Program-made: the position numbers and the translations under genes
Notes under the pieces: model-generated
Databases searched by the model: none
Told to the model about the DNA's origin: nothing
The model's input: only the letters and a program-made list of their open reading frames with translations
In this document: positions 1 through 7,379 of the stretch, piece after piece
How positions within the stretch are numbered: the first letter of the stretch is position 1
Layout: every line of letters starts with the position of its first letter
NCBI GenBank assembly: GCA_014801235.1
Contig: JAAVEM010000039.1
Coordinates: 1-55,083, forward strand
Length of the DNA: 55,083 nucleotides
Direction of reading: 5' to 3'
Origin: Bacteroides sp.
GTDB lineage: Bacteria; Bacteroidota; Bacteroidia; Bacteroidales; Muribaculaceae

Positions 1-45
1 CCATCCCCATCAGGGGCTTCAACCACTACCTAACAAAAATTATAC

Positions 46-65
46 GGACATGGCGTGCCATGTCC
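46..65. repeat. REP-like perfect palindrome GGACATGGC-GT-GCCATGTCC
   Basis: 9-bp perfect stem with 2-nt loop; resembles REP-type palindromes associated with RAYT/IS200-family HUH transposases. Confidence 0.55.
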
Positions 66-74
66 CAAACATAC

Positions 75-128
75 CCTTAACGACCCTAATGACCTTAACC
101 TCCCCAAAATCCCAAATAGCCCTCATCC
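75..128 (+). repeat. Degenerate 9-bp tandem repeat (about 6 units)
   Basis: Units at 75 ccttaacga, 84 ccctaatga, 93 ccttaacct, 102 ccccaaaat, 111 cccaaatag, 120 ccctcatcc. Confidence 0.6.
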
Positions 129-245
129 AAATCAAGCCTGCAAAGGCTTGCCATATGGATAGCCGGGTAGGGCGAATGAAATGAGCCGTGCCCGGAACAT
201 GTGCCCCACAGAAAATCGCACTCTGAAAGAGTGCCCCCTAAAACA
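127..245 (+). repeat. 119-bp multi-hairpin REP/MITE-like repeat, copy 1
   Basis: Direct repeat of 2395-2513 (6 mismatches by manual alignment); contains hairpins caagcct-gcaa-aggcttg, ccgggta...tgcccgg and gcactct-gaa-agagtgc. Confidence 0.9.
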
Positions 246-424
246 CCCACGCATCTCCTTAACGCAAATCTGTCCCCGTCAGATGCACCGTCCCGGTGTA
301 AAGCGGAAAAAGTAACCGCTCCCTGTAAGGGGGATTTAACGTGGCGACCTCAGTTTAATTTTCACTGGATTGCCACGTCTCATATTAGGTGTAAATAAAG
401 TTTTCTTGAGGTTAATCCGATGGC

Positions 425-457
425 AAAAAAACGGCCCAATATAATATCGAGCCGTTT
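425..457 (-). terminator. Intrinsic terminator after the two minus-strand accessory genes
   Basis: aaacggc...gccgttt stem; A-run on + gives a U-tract on the - strand, just past the stop at 483. Confidence 0.55.
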
Positions 458-482
458 CTGTGTTGGTGGGGATTATTTATTC

Positions 483-1136
483 TTAGGTATTTGAGGTAGA
501 TACTTCCGTATCTTCTTGCTCAGGTACGTACATTATGAAATCTGGCATTTCTGCTGTCCCTTTGCCTGAAATGAAAACGCCGAAAAATGATGAAGTAAGG
601 CTTATCTTTCTTAATTTGCATACCTCAATGCCGTTTAGTTGGAATTCGATCCCACCGTTCTCTCTCCGCATTATCAACTTGAAAGAATCGCCTTTGAATT
701 TTACAGGACCGCTTTTAACTGTAGCTGTTACTCCATCTTTTACAACATAGTATTGATAAGTCTTTTTCGAGATTGCGATTGCCTTATAGTTTCGAATGTC
801 TTGATAATCAAAAATCATACCAAAAACTCTATTGTCACTTGGCCGGAAACCCTTAAGATTGAATCCAAAGATGAATTCAGGAGTGTCTTCGACGCTTATT
901 GGGAGTTCGGCTACGGAGTATGCAACGCCCGTGTCATCCTTAGACTCAAACTGAAGTGATTGAGATGTGAAACTGACCTTGATTTGTTTGGTGTCAATTT
1001 GAGTCCATTCGTATTCCGGATCGTTTGCCGAGAATACCACTTGGCCATATTCTTCGTTAAGATCTTCGGGAAGTGTTGCATAAGAATTTAGTGATGATGC
1101 GATAATCACTCCTAATGTAAAAAGTATCTGTTTCAT
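483..1136 (-). CDS. Hypothetical secreted protein (signal peptide; beta-rich, possibly lectin/ConA-like)
   Basis: ORF 483..1166; more plausible start MKQILFTLGVIIASSLNSYA at 1136 (signal-peptide-like); 13 nt from the upstream gene, so likely co-transcribed. Confidence 0.7.
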   Translation of the reverse strand: MKQILFTLGVIIASSLNSYATLPEDLNEEYGQVVFSANDPEYEWTQIDTKQIKVSFTSQSLQFESKDDTGVAYSVAELPISVEDTPEFIFGFNLKGFRPSDNRVFGMIFDYQDIRNYKAIAISKKTYQYYVVKDGVTATVKSGPVKFKGDSFKLIMRRENGGIEFQLNGIEVCKLRKISLTSSFFGVFISGKGTAEMPDFIMYVPEQEDTEVSTSNT

Positions 1137-1149
1137 GGATTGTATGTTT

Positions 1150-1821
1150 TTATTCACCACCACCAACGGAGGTTTGAAGTTCTTGAATCATTGGCTCGAA
1201 AGTTCTGAGCACACGGTCATAAGATTGAAAGCATTGTTCTCCTCGGCAATCATTGTCCTTGATTTGCACAGAAATACGTACGCGATACGATACGACATCT
1301 TCATCTGTGAAGCTCATGCGAATTTCCAAACGGGTGCGCACAGTCTGATATTTGAACTTAGAAAGACGCCATGAAGATTTAATCCAACCGGCTGATTTGT
1401 CGCGCACTTCAATGTTGTCAAAGTAATTAGTGCAAACACTCATTAGGCGTTTCCAGATCTGGTCTTCCGTTAAACCCTTGCGACAAGTTACATCAAACCA
1501 TTTGTTGGCAATATCAACGCCATCGTCACTGCCGATGGATGCAAGCATTGCTTCATCTTCGGGTAATTGGTAAAGCACTGTCGACTTTGGGTCTGATTTG
1601 AGGAGCCGATAGGTTCTTGTAATGTAACCTGGTGCCTCTACTTTTACGACATAAAAGTCGGTGTTTTTGTCGAACTTGACTTGATATGACCCTGTATTAA
1701 CGAGTTGGCCATCAATGTAGATTTTGGCGGTCTCTGGAATGACATTTATAGTCATCTTTTTAGCCGCCATGGATGTCGAACATCCAAGAATCAATAATAG
1801 AATGAGCAAAAACTGTCTCAT
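1150..1821 (-). CDS. Secreted protein with N-terminal PEGA-like domain
   Basis: Signal peptide MRQFLLILLLILGCSTSMA; 'TINVIPETAKIYIDGQLVNTG...VVKVEAPGY' resembles PEGA repeats. Confidence 0.7.
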   Translation of the reverse strand: MRQFLLILLLILGCSTSMAAKKMTINVIPETAKIYIDGQLVNTGSYQVKFDKNTDFYVVKVEAPGYITRTYRLLKSDPKSTVLYQLPEDEAMLASIGSDDGVDIANKWFDVTCRKGLTEDQIWKRLMSVCTNYFDNIEVRDKSAGWIKSSWRLSKFKYQTVRTRLEIRMSFTDEDVVSYRVRISVQIKDNDCRGEQCFQSYDRVLRTFEPMIQELQTSVGGGE

Positions 1822-1871
1822 GCGGTTTAAGGTGCCGCGGTCATCCCCTCGTTGGCGTTTGTTGTTGTACG

Positions 1872-2130
1872 AAAAAAGCGTAGGAATCTGTATCTGTTAC
1901 CGTCCTTCTGGTCGAGGCTTCTCGCATTGCCCTATCAAAGTCGGACGGCAACCGCAGAAGCCCACGCCAGTATATGCAATCAATGTATCTGGCTATATTT
2001 CTCCCGAAATATCGTGCCAAAAGCAAGATAATTACATATCCACGGGCATCTACCGTTGCTCAATCCTTGACTTTGATATGAAAGTTTGCGAGACATTTCG
2101 ACCAGTCAAGAATCAGCGCGGATAAACGCT
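1872..2130 (-). ncRNA. Candidate tandem-hairpin leader RNA (element A) with loop-loop complementarity and terminator-like second hairpin
   Basis: H1 2129-2046; H2 1967-1878 followed by U6 (1877-1872); three complementary blocks 2098-2105/1908-1915, 2087-2093/1920-1926, 2069-2078/1933-1942. Confidence 0.65.
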
Positions 2131-2237
2131 TTCTTATGTATTTTTACTACATCCCGCTCCGCTTAACCCCAGACTGGGGATTGATTCGGTTATGAACCTC
2201 TCCCTACTGGCATGGTCTGCGAGGCGGTCTGCGACCG

Positions 2238-2269
2238 CAAAGATATGACTAAAATTTCGAGTATGCAAG
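2238..2269 (-). promoter_or_regulatory. Bacteroidetes sigmaA-type promoter for the element A leader
   Basis: Minus strand CTTG (2269-2266), 20 nt, TATCTTTG (2245-2238); matches TTTG-N19-21-TAnnTTTG. Confidence 0.65.
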
Positions 2270-2394
2270 AGCGACGTGCCAAAAGTGTAGCACGGAATAA
2301 TTTTATGTTTCATCCCCGCCATCCCCGTCAAGCTGCATTAATGTCAGCCTCGTGGTGACACCATACGAGTTTCCGTAACACTGAATGGACCCAC

Positions 2395-2652
2395 CCAAAT
2401 CAAGCCTGCAAAGGCTTGCCATATGGATAACCGGGGACAGCGAATGAAATGAGCCGTGCCCGGAACATGCGCCCCACAGAAAATAGCACTCTGAAAGAGT
2501 GCCCCCTAAAACATCCCATCCCAGCTAATCCGTCTTTGATTCAGGGGACGCTCTTTGCAGAGCGTGAGGTATTTTCGACCTATACCGGGCAGAGTTCGCT
2601 TTCGCTCACTCTACCCGGCTATCCATATGGCAAGCCTTTGCAGGCTTGATTT
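2395..2652. repeat. Inverted doublet of the REP/MITE-like repeat (copy 2 at 2395-2513; diverged inverted copy about 2540-2652)
   Basis: 2611-2652 is the exact reverse complement of 129-170 (42 bp); inner hairpins of the inverted copy differ in sequence but keep pairing. Confidence 0.85.
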
Positions 2653-2721
2653 TTAACCTGCTTTTTGCATTCGCCATATTTTGCTATGCTCTGTTATTAG
2701 GGGAGGGATAGGCGGAAATGA

Positions 2722-2753
2722 AAAAAGAGCTGATTGATAAATCAGCTCTTTTT
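2722..2753 (-). terminator. Terminator downstream of tRNA-Pro
   Basis: AAAAAGAGCTGATT-GATA-AATCAGCTCTTTTT perfect inverted repeat with flanking A/T runs. Confidence 0.8.
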
Positions 2754-2760
2754 GATGGTG

Positions 2761-2835
2761 TCGGGGTGGCGGGATTCGAACTCGCGACCCCCTGCTCCCA
2801 AAGCAGGTGCGCTAACCGGACTGCGCTACGCCCCG
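2761..2835 (-). tRNA. tRNA-Pro(TGG)
   Basis: Minus strand CGGGGCGTAGCGCAGTCCGGTTAGCGCACCTGCTTTGGGAGCAGGGGGTCGCGAGTTCGAATCCCGCCACCCCGA; cloverleaf, anticodon TGG, TTCGAAT T-loop; no encoded CCA. Confidence 0.95.
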
Positions 2836-2893
2836 ATTACCTTTCGGCACTGCAAAGGTAGTAACTTTTTTTTGAACTTGCAAATCGTGTCTA

Positions 2894-5800
2894 TCAATAT
2901 TCGTCCCAAGAACGAATTTCGATGTCGTCGACAGGGAGTTTTGTGAAGGCGTTGATAAATGCCGATGCAAGACGGGCGTTGGTTAGCAACGGGATATTCA
3001 AGTCGATTGACGCGCGGCGTATTCTATATCCGTTTGTGAGCTCGGTTTCCGAAAGGTTTTTCGGAATGTTCACTACGAGATCTACGTCCTTGTGATGCAA
3101 AAGTTCAAGCGCTTGCGGCTGCATATCAGGCTGGCTTGGCCAGTAAACCTTTATTGCGGGAATGCCGTTGTCGGTGAGGAATTGGTGGGTACCTCCGGTG
3201 GCATACAGGCTGTAGCCGTTGTTGTGAAGCTGATGCGCGGCGTCGAGCATATCGGCTTTTTGTTTCGGAGTTCCTGTTGAGAGCAACACTCCTTTGCCCT
3301 TGGATGGTACGCGCATTCCGACTGACAGCATCGCTTTCAGTATCGCTTCGTCAGTGTCGGCTCCGATACATCCCACTTCGCCGGTCGATGCCATGTCTAC
3401 GCCGAGCACAGGGTCGGCGCCCTGAAGGCGGGAGAATGAGAATTGGGATGCCTTGATACCTACATAGTCGAGGTCAAACGCATTCTTGTGGGGCTTTTCA
3501 ACGTCAAGACCCAGCATGACGCGTGTGGCGATGTCGATGAAATTTAATTTCAGCACCTTGCTCACGAAGGGGAATGAACGCGACGCGCGCAGGTTACATT
3601 CAATCACCTTGATGTCATTGTTCTTTGCCAGGAACTGGATGTTGAACGGTCCTGAGATGTTGAGCGCCTTGGCGATCTTTTGGCTTACTTTCTTTATGCG
3701 GCGTATGGTTTCGACATATAGTTTTTGTGGCGGGAACTGGATTGTAGCGTCGCCAGAGTGCACGCCGGCAAACTCGATGTGCTCTGAAATGGCATACACT
3801 TTTATCTCTCCATTCTGAGCCACGGCATCCATCTCGATCTCTTTCGCGTTCTGGATGAACTCGGTGACAACAACCGGATGCTGTTTCGACACGTTTGCCG
3901 CCAGTTTCAGGAATCGTTCAAGTTCCTCGTTGTTGCTGCACACATTCATTGCAGCTCCTGACAACACGTAGCTCGGACGTACCAACACGGGGAAGCCAAC
4001 TTCTTCGATGAACTTGTCGATGTCGGCAAACGATGTCAGTTCTCGCCAGCGTGGCTGGTCTACGCCGATTTTGTCAAGCATAGCCGAGAACTTGTGTCGG
4101 TCTTCGGCGTTGTCGATTGAGGTGGCTGATGTTCCGAGAATGGGGACTTTGGCATTGTCAAGACGAGTGGCGAGATTATTGGGTATTTGTCCGCCCACCG
4201 AGAGGATAACGCCGTGGGGCTGCTCGAGGTCGAGGATGTCCATTACGCGTTCGTAGGTGAGTTCGTCGAAATAGAGGCGGTCACACATGTCGTAGTCAGT
4301 CGATACGGTCTCGGGATTGTAATTTATCATCACCGATCTCCAGCCTTCGCGTTTGACGGTCATGAGAGCGTTGACCGAACACCAGTCGAATTCCACCGAA
4401 CTTCCGATTCGGTAAGCGCCTGATCCGAGTACCACGATCGACTTGTGGTCATGCAGATAGGTCACGTCGTTGGTGTCGCCATTGTAGGTGAGGTAGAGGT
4501 AGTTGGTCATGGCGGGATATTCGGCGCCGAGGGTGTCGATCTGTTTCACCACGGGGGTTATGCCGCGAGCCTTGCGATATTCGCGAACACGCACTATTTC
4601 CTGCTCGGCATTTGAAAGGCTTTCTTTCAGCAAAGCACGCGCTATCTGGAAGTCGCTGAATCCCTGACATTTTGCCTTGTGCAACAAGTCGGTGGGGACT
4701 TCGTCGAGGCTACTGTAGGTTTCAAGTTCGTCGGCTGTTTTTACGATGTTGTGAAGTTTATAGAGGAACCATCGGTCTATTTTGGTCAGCTCGTGCAGCT
4801 TCTCGACTGTGTAGCCTTGGCGCATCGCTTTTGAAATGACAAATATGCGTTTATCGGTCGGATCGGCAAGCGCGTGGTCGATGTCGGGAACTTTAAGCTC
4901 TTTGTTCTCGACGAATCCGTGCATTCCTTGTCCTATCATGCGGAGTCCTTTCTGAATCGCTTCCTCAAAAGTTCGTCCGATTGACATCACTTCGCCAACT
5001 GATTTCATCGATGAACCGATTTCGCGTTTCACTCCGTGGAACTTGCCGAGGTCCCATCTCGGGATTTTGACCACGATATAATCGAGGGCTGGTTCGAAGA
5101 ACGCCGAGGTCTCTTTAGTCACCGAGTTCTTGAGGTCAAAAAGTCCGTAGCCCAATCCGAGTTTGGCGGCGACAAAAGCCAGAGGATAGCCGGTGGCTTT
5201 CGAAGCAAGAGCGGAAGAACGTGAAAGGCGGGCGTTTACTTCGATTACTCGATAGTCCATTGACGAGGGGTCGAAAGCGTATTGCACATTGCATTCACCG
5301 ACGATTCCGATGTGGCGTATGATTTTTATTGCGAGTTTTCTTAAATAGTGGTAGTCCTCGTTTGACAGAGTTTGTGACGGAGCTACGACGATCGACTCTC
5401 CTGTGTGGATTCCCAGCGGGTCGAAGTTTTCCATGTTGCACACGGTGATGCAGTTGTCGAAGCGGTCACGAACCACTTCGTATTCCACTTCTTTCCATCC
5501 CTTCAATGACTTTTCGATGAGCACTTGGGGAGAGAAAGCCAGCGCTTTTTCCACGAGTGCCACGAGCTGTTGCTCGTCATCGCAGAATCCGCTTCCAAGA
5601 CCGCCGAGAGCGTAAGCGGCGCGTACGATAATGGGGTATCCGAGTTCTGATGCCGCCTTGATAGCGTCGGGTATGTTGCTGACCGCCTCGCTTTTTATGG
5701 TCTTTACGTTTATTTCGTCGAGCTTTTTCACGAACAGCTCGCGGTCCTCGGTGTCCATGATGGCGCGTACCGGTGTTCCGAGCACTTGAACTCCGTATTT

Positions 5801-6124
5801 TTCAAGGATGCCGCTTTCATAGAGGGCGACACCGCAGTTCAGCGCGGTTTGTCCGCCGAAGGCGAGCATTATTCCGTCGGGACGCTCTTTCTCGATGACT
5901 TTTTCAACGAAATAGGGCGTTACGGGCAGGAAGTAGATTTTATCGGCAAACCCGTCGGATGTCTGCACAGTTGCGATGTTGGGATTGATGAGCACTGTGG
6001 AGATACCCTCCTCTTTCATTGCTTTCAATGCCTGAGAGCCTGAATAGTCAAATTCGCCGGCTTCTCCGATTTTCAATGCTCCGCTTCCGAGCAGTAATAC
6101 TTTTTTTATAGTTTTTTGATTCAT
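2894..6124 (-). CDS. carB: Carbamoyl-phosphate synthase large subunit
   Basis: GSGALKIGEAGEFDYSGSQA start, duplicated ATP-grasp domains, C-terminal MGS domain; 1076 aa. Confidence 0.98.
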   Translation of the reverse strand: MNQKTIKKVLLLGSGALKIGEAGEFDYSGSQALKAMKEEGISTVLINPNIATVQTSDGFADKIYFLPVTPYFVEKVIEKERPDGIMLAFGGQTALNCGVALYESGILEKYGVQVLGTPVRAIMDTEDRELFVKKLDEINVKTIKSEAVSNIPDAIKAASELGYPIIVRAAYALGGLGSGFCDDEQQLVALVEKALAFSPQVLIEKSLKGWKEVEYEVVRDRFDNCITVCNMENFDPLGIHTGESIVVAPSQTLSNEDYHYLRKLAIKIIRHIGIVGECNVQYAFDPSSMDYRVIEVNARLSRSSALASKATGYPLAFVAAKLGLGYGLFDLKNSVTKETSAFFEPALDYIVVKIPRWDLGKFHGVKREIGSSMKSVGEVMSIGRTFEEAIQKGLRMIGQGMHGFVENKELKVPDIDHALADPTDKRIFVISKAMRQGYTVEKLHELTKIDRWFLYKLHNIVKTADELETYSSLDEVPTDLLHKAKCQGFSDFQIARALLKESLSNAEQEIVRVREYRKARGITPVVKQIDTLGAEYPAMTNYLYLTYNGDTNDVTYLHDHKSIVVLGSGAYRIGSSVEFDWCSVNALMTVKREGWRSVMINYNPETVSTDYDMCDRLYFDELTYERVMDILDLEQPHGVILSVGGQIPNNLATRLDNAKVPILGTSATSIDNAEDRHKFSAMLDKIGVDQPRWRELTSFADIDKFIEEVGFPVLVRPSYVLSGAAMNVCSNNEELERFLKLAANVSKQHPVVVTEFIQNAKEIEMDAVAQNGEIKVYAISEHIEFAGVHSGDATIQFPPQKLYVETIRRIKKVSQKIAKALNISGPFNIQFLAKNNDIKVIECNLRASRSFPFVSKVLKLNFIDIATRVMLGLDVEKPHKNAFDLDYVGIKASQFSFSRLQGADPVLGVDMASTGEVGCIGADTDEAILKAMLSVGMRVPSKGKGVLLSTGTPKQKADMLDAAHQLHNNGYSLYATGGTHQFLTDNGIPAIKVYWPSQPDMQPQALELLHHKDVDLVVNIPKNLSETELTNGYRIRRASIDLNIPLLTNARLASAFINAFTKLPVDDIEIRSWDEY

Positions 6125-6143
6125 GACTGCAATGAAATGAGGA

Positions 6144-7214
6144 TTATATCATGTTAATAAATTCATCAAACAGGAATTCGGTGTCTTTCGGACCCGATGA
6201 TGCTTCAGGGTGGAACTGCGCCGAGAAGAATGGCTTGGTTTTGTGGCGGATGCCTTCGTTGGTGCCATCGTTCATGTTTATGAACAATGGTTCCCAATCA
6301 TCGGGAAGGGTGGCGCTATCAACCGCAAAACCATGATTTTGAGATGTGATGAAGCAGCGCTCGGTTCCCACTTGGCGCACGGGCTGATTGTGGCTGCGGT
6401 GTCCGTAGGTCAATTTGTAGGTTTTCGCGCCTGCCGCTTTTGACAGGAGCTGGTTGCCCATGCAGATTCCGCATATAGGCTTGCCTATTTCGATTGCCTT
6501 CTTGATGTTCTCAACCGTTTTTTCTGCGAGATCGGGGTTGCCGGGTCCGTTGGATATGAACAATCCGTCATAGGGGATTGAGGTGAAGTCGTAGTCCCAG
6601 GGAACTCTGACCACTCTTACTCCTCGGCGTGTCAGGCAACGTATGATGTTGTGCTTTACTCCGCAGTCTACGAGCACGACGGTCTTTTCGCCTTCGCCAT
6701 GTTCTTCTACCGAGCGGCAGCTCACTTTTGCAACGAGGTTTTCGGCATTCGGGTCATAGAAGTCCACTTCCGGGCATCCCTCGACTGTGATTTTGCCGAG
6801 CATTGAGCCGTGGTCGCGCAGATGTTTAGTCAATGCGCGGGTGTCAATTCCGTAAACTCCCACAATATGTTCCTCTTTTAGCCAGTCGGCAAGACTGCGG
6901 TCTGATTGCCAGTGGCTCGGCTCCCAAGTGTAGTCTTGTGCGATAATAGCCTTGCAGTGTATGTGCTCGCTTTCGTAATATTCGCTGACGTCATTTTTTT
7001 CTCGGCGTGGAGGAACTCCATAATTTCCGAGAATGGGATAGGTTGTTACTAAGATTTGACCTTCGTAGGATGGGTCGGTCAAGCTTTCGGGATAGCCGGT
7101 CATGGCGGTGTTGAATACTACCTCTCCGGCGGTCGAGGCTGAATATCCAAAGGATTTCCCCTCAAAGGTTGTGCCATCTTCAAGCGTAAGAATGGCTTTT
7201 TTGGTCTCGCACAT
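6144..7214 (-). CDS. carA: Carbamoyl-phosphate synthase small subunit
   Basis: GEVVFNTAMTGYPESLTDPSY, SNGPGNP, GICMGNQ (catalytic Cys), QFHPEA. Confidence 0.98.
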   Translation of the reverse strand: MCETKKAILTLEDGTTFEGKSFGYSASTAGEVVFNTAMTGYPESLTDPSYEGQILVTTYPILGNYGVPPRREKNDVSEYYESEHIHCKAIIAQDYTWEPSHWQSDRSLADWLKEEHIVGVYGIDTRALTKHLRDHGSMLGKITVEGCPEVDFYDPNAENLVAKVSCRSVEEHGEGEKTVVLVDCGVKHNIIRCLTRRGVRVVRVPWDYDFTSIPYDGLFISNGPGNPDLAEKTVENIKKAIEIGKPICGICMGNQLLSKAAGAKTYKLTYGHRSHNQPVRQVGTERCFITSQNHGFAVDSATLPDDWEPLFINMNDGTNEGIRHKTKPFFSAQFHPEASSGPKDTEFLFDEFINMI

Positions 7215-7379
7215 ACGATTACAGAGTATGTTGTTGAAAAATAAACGTAACTAATCTCCCGGTTTTCCATCACGAAAACCGTGCAAAGTTACGCAAATTT
7301 TCCAAATAATACCGTTGCGGTATAAATAAAAATAGGTGGAGGGGCGGGCAGATGGAGTTGTTCCTGCTCTCTTTCCGCT

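Noticed and set aside
201..398. Short ORFs overlapping the repeat elements and leader A (201-398, 1724-2125, 1841-2026, 2134-2331, 2449-2649)
   Set aside because: They lie in palindromic or structured non-coding sequence, have no recognisable protein features, and are best explained as chance ORFs.
1908..2105. H1/H2 complementary blocks as inverted repeats of an invertible DNA switch
   Set aside because: Complementarity is broken into three short blocks with unequal non-matching spacers, each embedded in G-U-containing stems (an RNA signature); the promoter lies outside the segment and no invertase is nearby.
127..2652. Repeats as a CRISPR array
   Set aside because: Only three long (about 115-119 bp) copies, one inverted, with no regular spacers and no cas genes.
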